A stretch of 64,000 nt of DNA from Ginglymostoma cirratum (lineage: Eukaryota). The position numbers and the translations under genes are program-made. The notes beneath the pieces are model-generated. The model did no database searches and was not told the origin of the DNA. It worked only from the letters and a program-made list of their open reading frames with translations. Below, in pieces: positions 62,931 to 64,000 of the stretch; within the stretch, counting starts at the first letter, position 1, and every line of letters starts with the position of its first letter. The DNA is taken from the NCBI GenBank assembly GCA_024137785.1, contig JAHRHZ010000032.1:3312795-3376794 (forward strand), written 5' to 3'.

Positions 62931-63643
62931 ATAAGCACCAGTGTTCAGCAGAAATTTTTATGAGGTATAGAAAAAAAATGCTTTGGAAACCAATACTGTA
63001 TATATTTCAGATGGTATTGAGTCCAATATTTTCAGAAGAGGACATCTATGGTTCTCGACTATAATAACATACAGTGAGTGACTTTTCTGAATAACACAAG
63101 AATGAATAGGAATTCATAACATAAAACAGACTGTACTTCTTTTCAATTTACCTGTACAATAAAAGCTCCCAAAGTTTTGTTATGTAATAAATACAGTTTC
63201 AATACTTTGAAACAATTCCATTTTAGAAAGCTGAGGGTCCAAATTCCATAGTATAAGGCCTCAATCAAGACCAGAGTGCACACATTCAGAAGTCGAAGAA
63301 AACAGATTTAAGCAATAAAACGTTCTGAAGCAAAAAAAAAAAAATCAGCCACAAACTTTGTGGCAATCCTTATAAAAGCATCCAATTAATGGCATGAAGT
63401 TATTTTCACAATTCAAGACACATTGTAACAACCACCTGTGTCCAACTGCAAAAAGCTGGTTCAGTGCTACAGAGTTTGTTTGGATCTTAAAGCCCCAGTT
63501 AAGTCAAGTATTTTCTTTGGATGAATGTGTTATTTGTACACGTGGAATGCAAAATGTTCAATAATCTTCAGGAGGTCCACAGCTCTGCCAAAGTTAAGGG
63601 GGAGTGGGAAATAAAAAGATTTAGAAAGTTAGCAGGAACTGAC

Positions 63644-63895
63644 CTTGGATTGTTGAAATAGGACTGATTGCTCAGGGTTAATACCACATGCCAGGAGACT
63701 GGCTGTCATGTCGAGAATGTTTTGCCTGAGCTTGCCAGGGTCTTGAGGAACAGTGATGGAGTGCAGGTCCACAATACTGTACAGAATGGAGCTGTATTCA
63801 TCCTGCAGCCTCACCCAGCTCTCTATAGCGCCGAGATAGTTTCCCAGGTGAGGAACACCAGTTGGTTGGATTCCGGAGAAGACTCGGTTAGCAAC
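63644..63895 (-). CDS. WARS2: WARS2 (mitochondrial tryptophanyl-tRNA synthetase) coding exon 2; exon 1 lies outside the window
   Basis: Translates [34 protein letters not shown]...SVLFQQSK, containing the TrpRS HIGH-type motif (HLGN). Acceptor ttttcaatgcag, donor AAG|gtcagt; 252 nt, phase 0/0. Confidence 0.96.
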
Positions 63896-64000
63896 CTGCA
63901 TTGAAAATAAACATTGTGTTCTTTTATAATGTACAAGTTACTAAGCAGTCAGCTTGTGTATCGATTAGCCCTAGATTGGGTTGGATTATATCAGCACCTT

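Overview
This is vertebrate genomic DNA, not prokaryotic. The repeat content (HE1-type V-SINEs, Deu-domain SINEs, CR1 LINE tails) points to a cartilaginous fish, probably a shark; that assignment is an inference. The window covers the WARS2-TBX15 locus, with both genes on the minus strand. It holds five coding exons of WARS2 (exons 2-6 by human numbering, 63895 down to the stop at 51529) and the first coding exon of TBX15 (ATG at 25277); 1-25075 is TBX15 intron 1. The rest is interspersed repeats, a broad CpG-retaining domain around the TBX15 promoter, candidate conserved enhancers and a 400-N assembly gap. Two signals stand out. (1) Short Penelope-like insertions carry minimal hammerhead-ribozyme cores; three have 13-15 bp target-site duplications and two have inverted arms. 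(2) A unique, degenerate, Cys-rich minus-strand coding relic of about 2.3 kb abuts an LTR-like segment at 45.8-48.7 kb and may be an ERV env or accessory-gene remnant. Most short ORFs in the supplied track are spurious or repeat-derived. Repeat boundaries were read by eye and are approximate.
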